Source of the DNA: the human T2T-CHM13v2.0 reference genome, Homo sapiens | Assembly (NCBI RefSeq): GCF_009914755.1 | Contig: NC_060940.1 | DNA: 64,000 nucleotides | Strand: one strand, 5' to 3' | In this document: positions 63,852 through 64,000 of the stretch, in pieces | Numbering within the stretch: the first letter of the stretch is position 1 | Layout: every line of letters begins with the position of its first letter | Notes under the pieces: generated by a model | What the model was told of the DNA's origin: nothing | Database searches by the model: none | The model's input: only the letters and a program-made list of their open reading frames with translations | Made by a program: the position numbers and the translations under genes

Positions 63852-64000
63852 TATTTTGGAAACATATGCATAGCATGTAAATTGTCTCCTTTTTTTTTTA
63901 CATAGCTAAAGAATATGACTTATAGAAACTGATAATTTTATGAAACATAATCAATCTCAATTACTAAATGAAATATGTTTTTGTGCTGCATTAGAAGCCA

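Overview
AT-rich primate (human-like) nuclear DNA, almost entirely intronic. It contains one real coding exon (13427-13620, + strand, 194 bp, AG/GT flanked) encoding part of the N-terminal discoidin (F5/8 type C) domain of a contactin-associated protein-like gene. Diagnostic residues point to CNTNAP4 (CASPR4), most likely exon 3; no other exon was found. The rest is interspersed repeats: about 21 Alu/FLAM copies, L1 fragments of several ages, L2/MIR, solo LTRs (THE1, MLT1, MLT2, MER54-like, MER67-like) and DNA transposons (MER63, MER3, MER5, MER82, Tigger2a), plus microsatellites. I read all other ORFs in the track as repeat-derived or chance. I found no credible undescribed biological system. 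The most notable structure is: three L1 insertions with 5' inversions (twin-priming geometry), a palindromic AT-rich 23-24 bp minisatellite containing a perfect 20-bp inverted repeat, two dispersed local duplications (147 bp and about 89 bp, the latter tied to a MER82 end), an odd splice acceptor (embedded AATAAA, NAGNAG), a closely spaced inverted Alu pair, a (TA)30 tract and a candidate neural enhancer. Repeat subfamily calls come from recalled consensus sequences and need RepeatMasker/Dfam confirmation; old-repeat boundaries are approximate.
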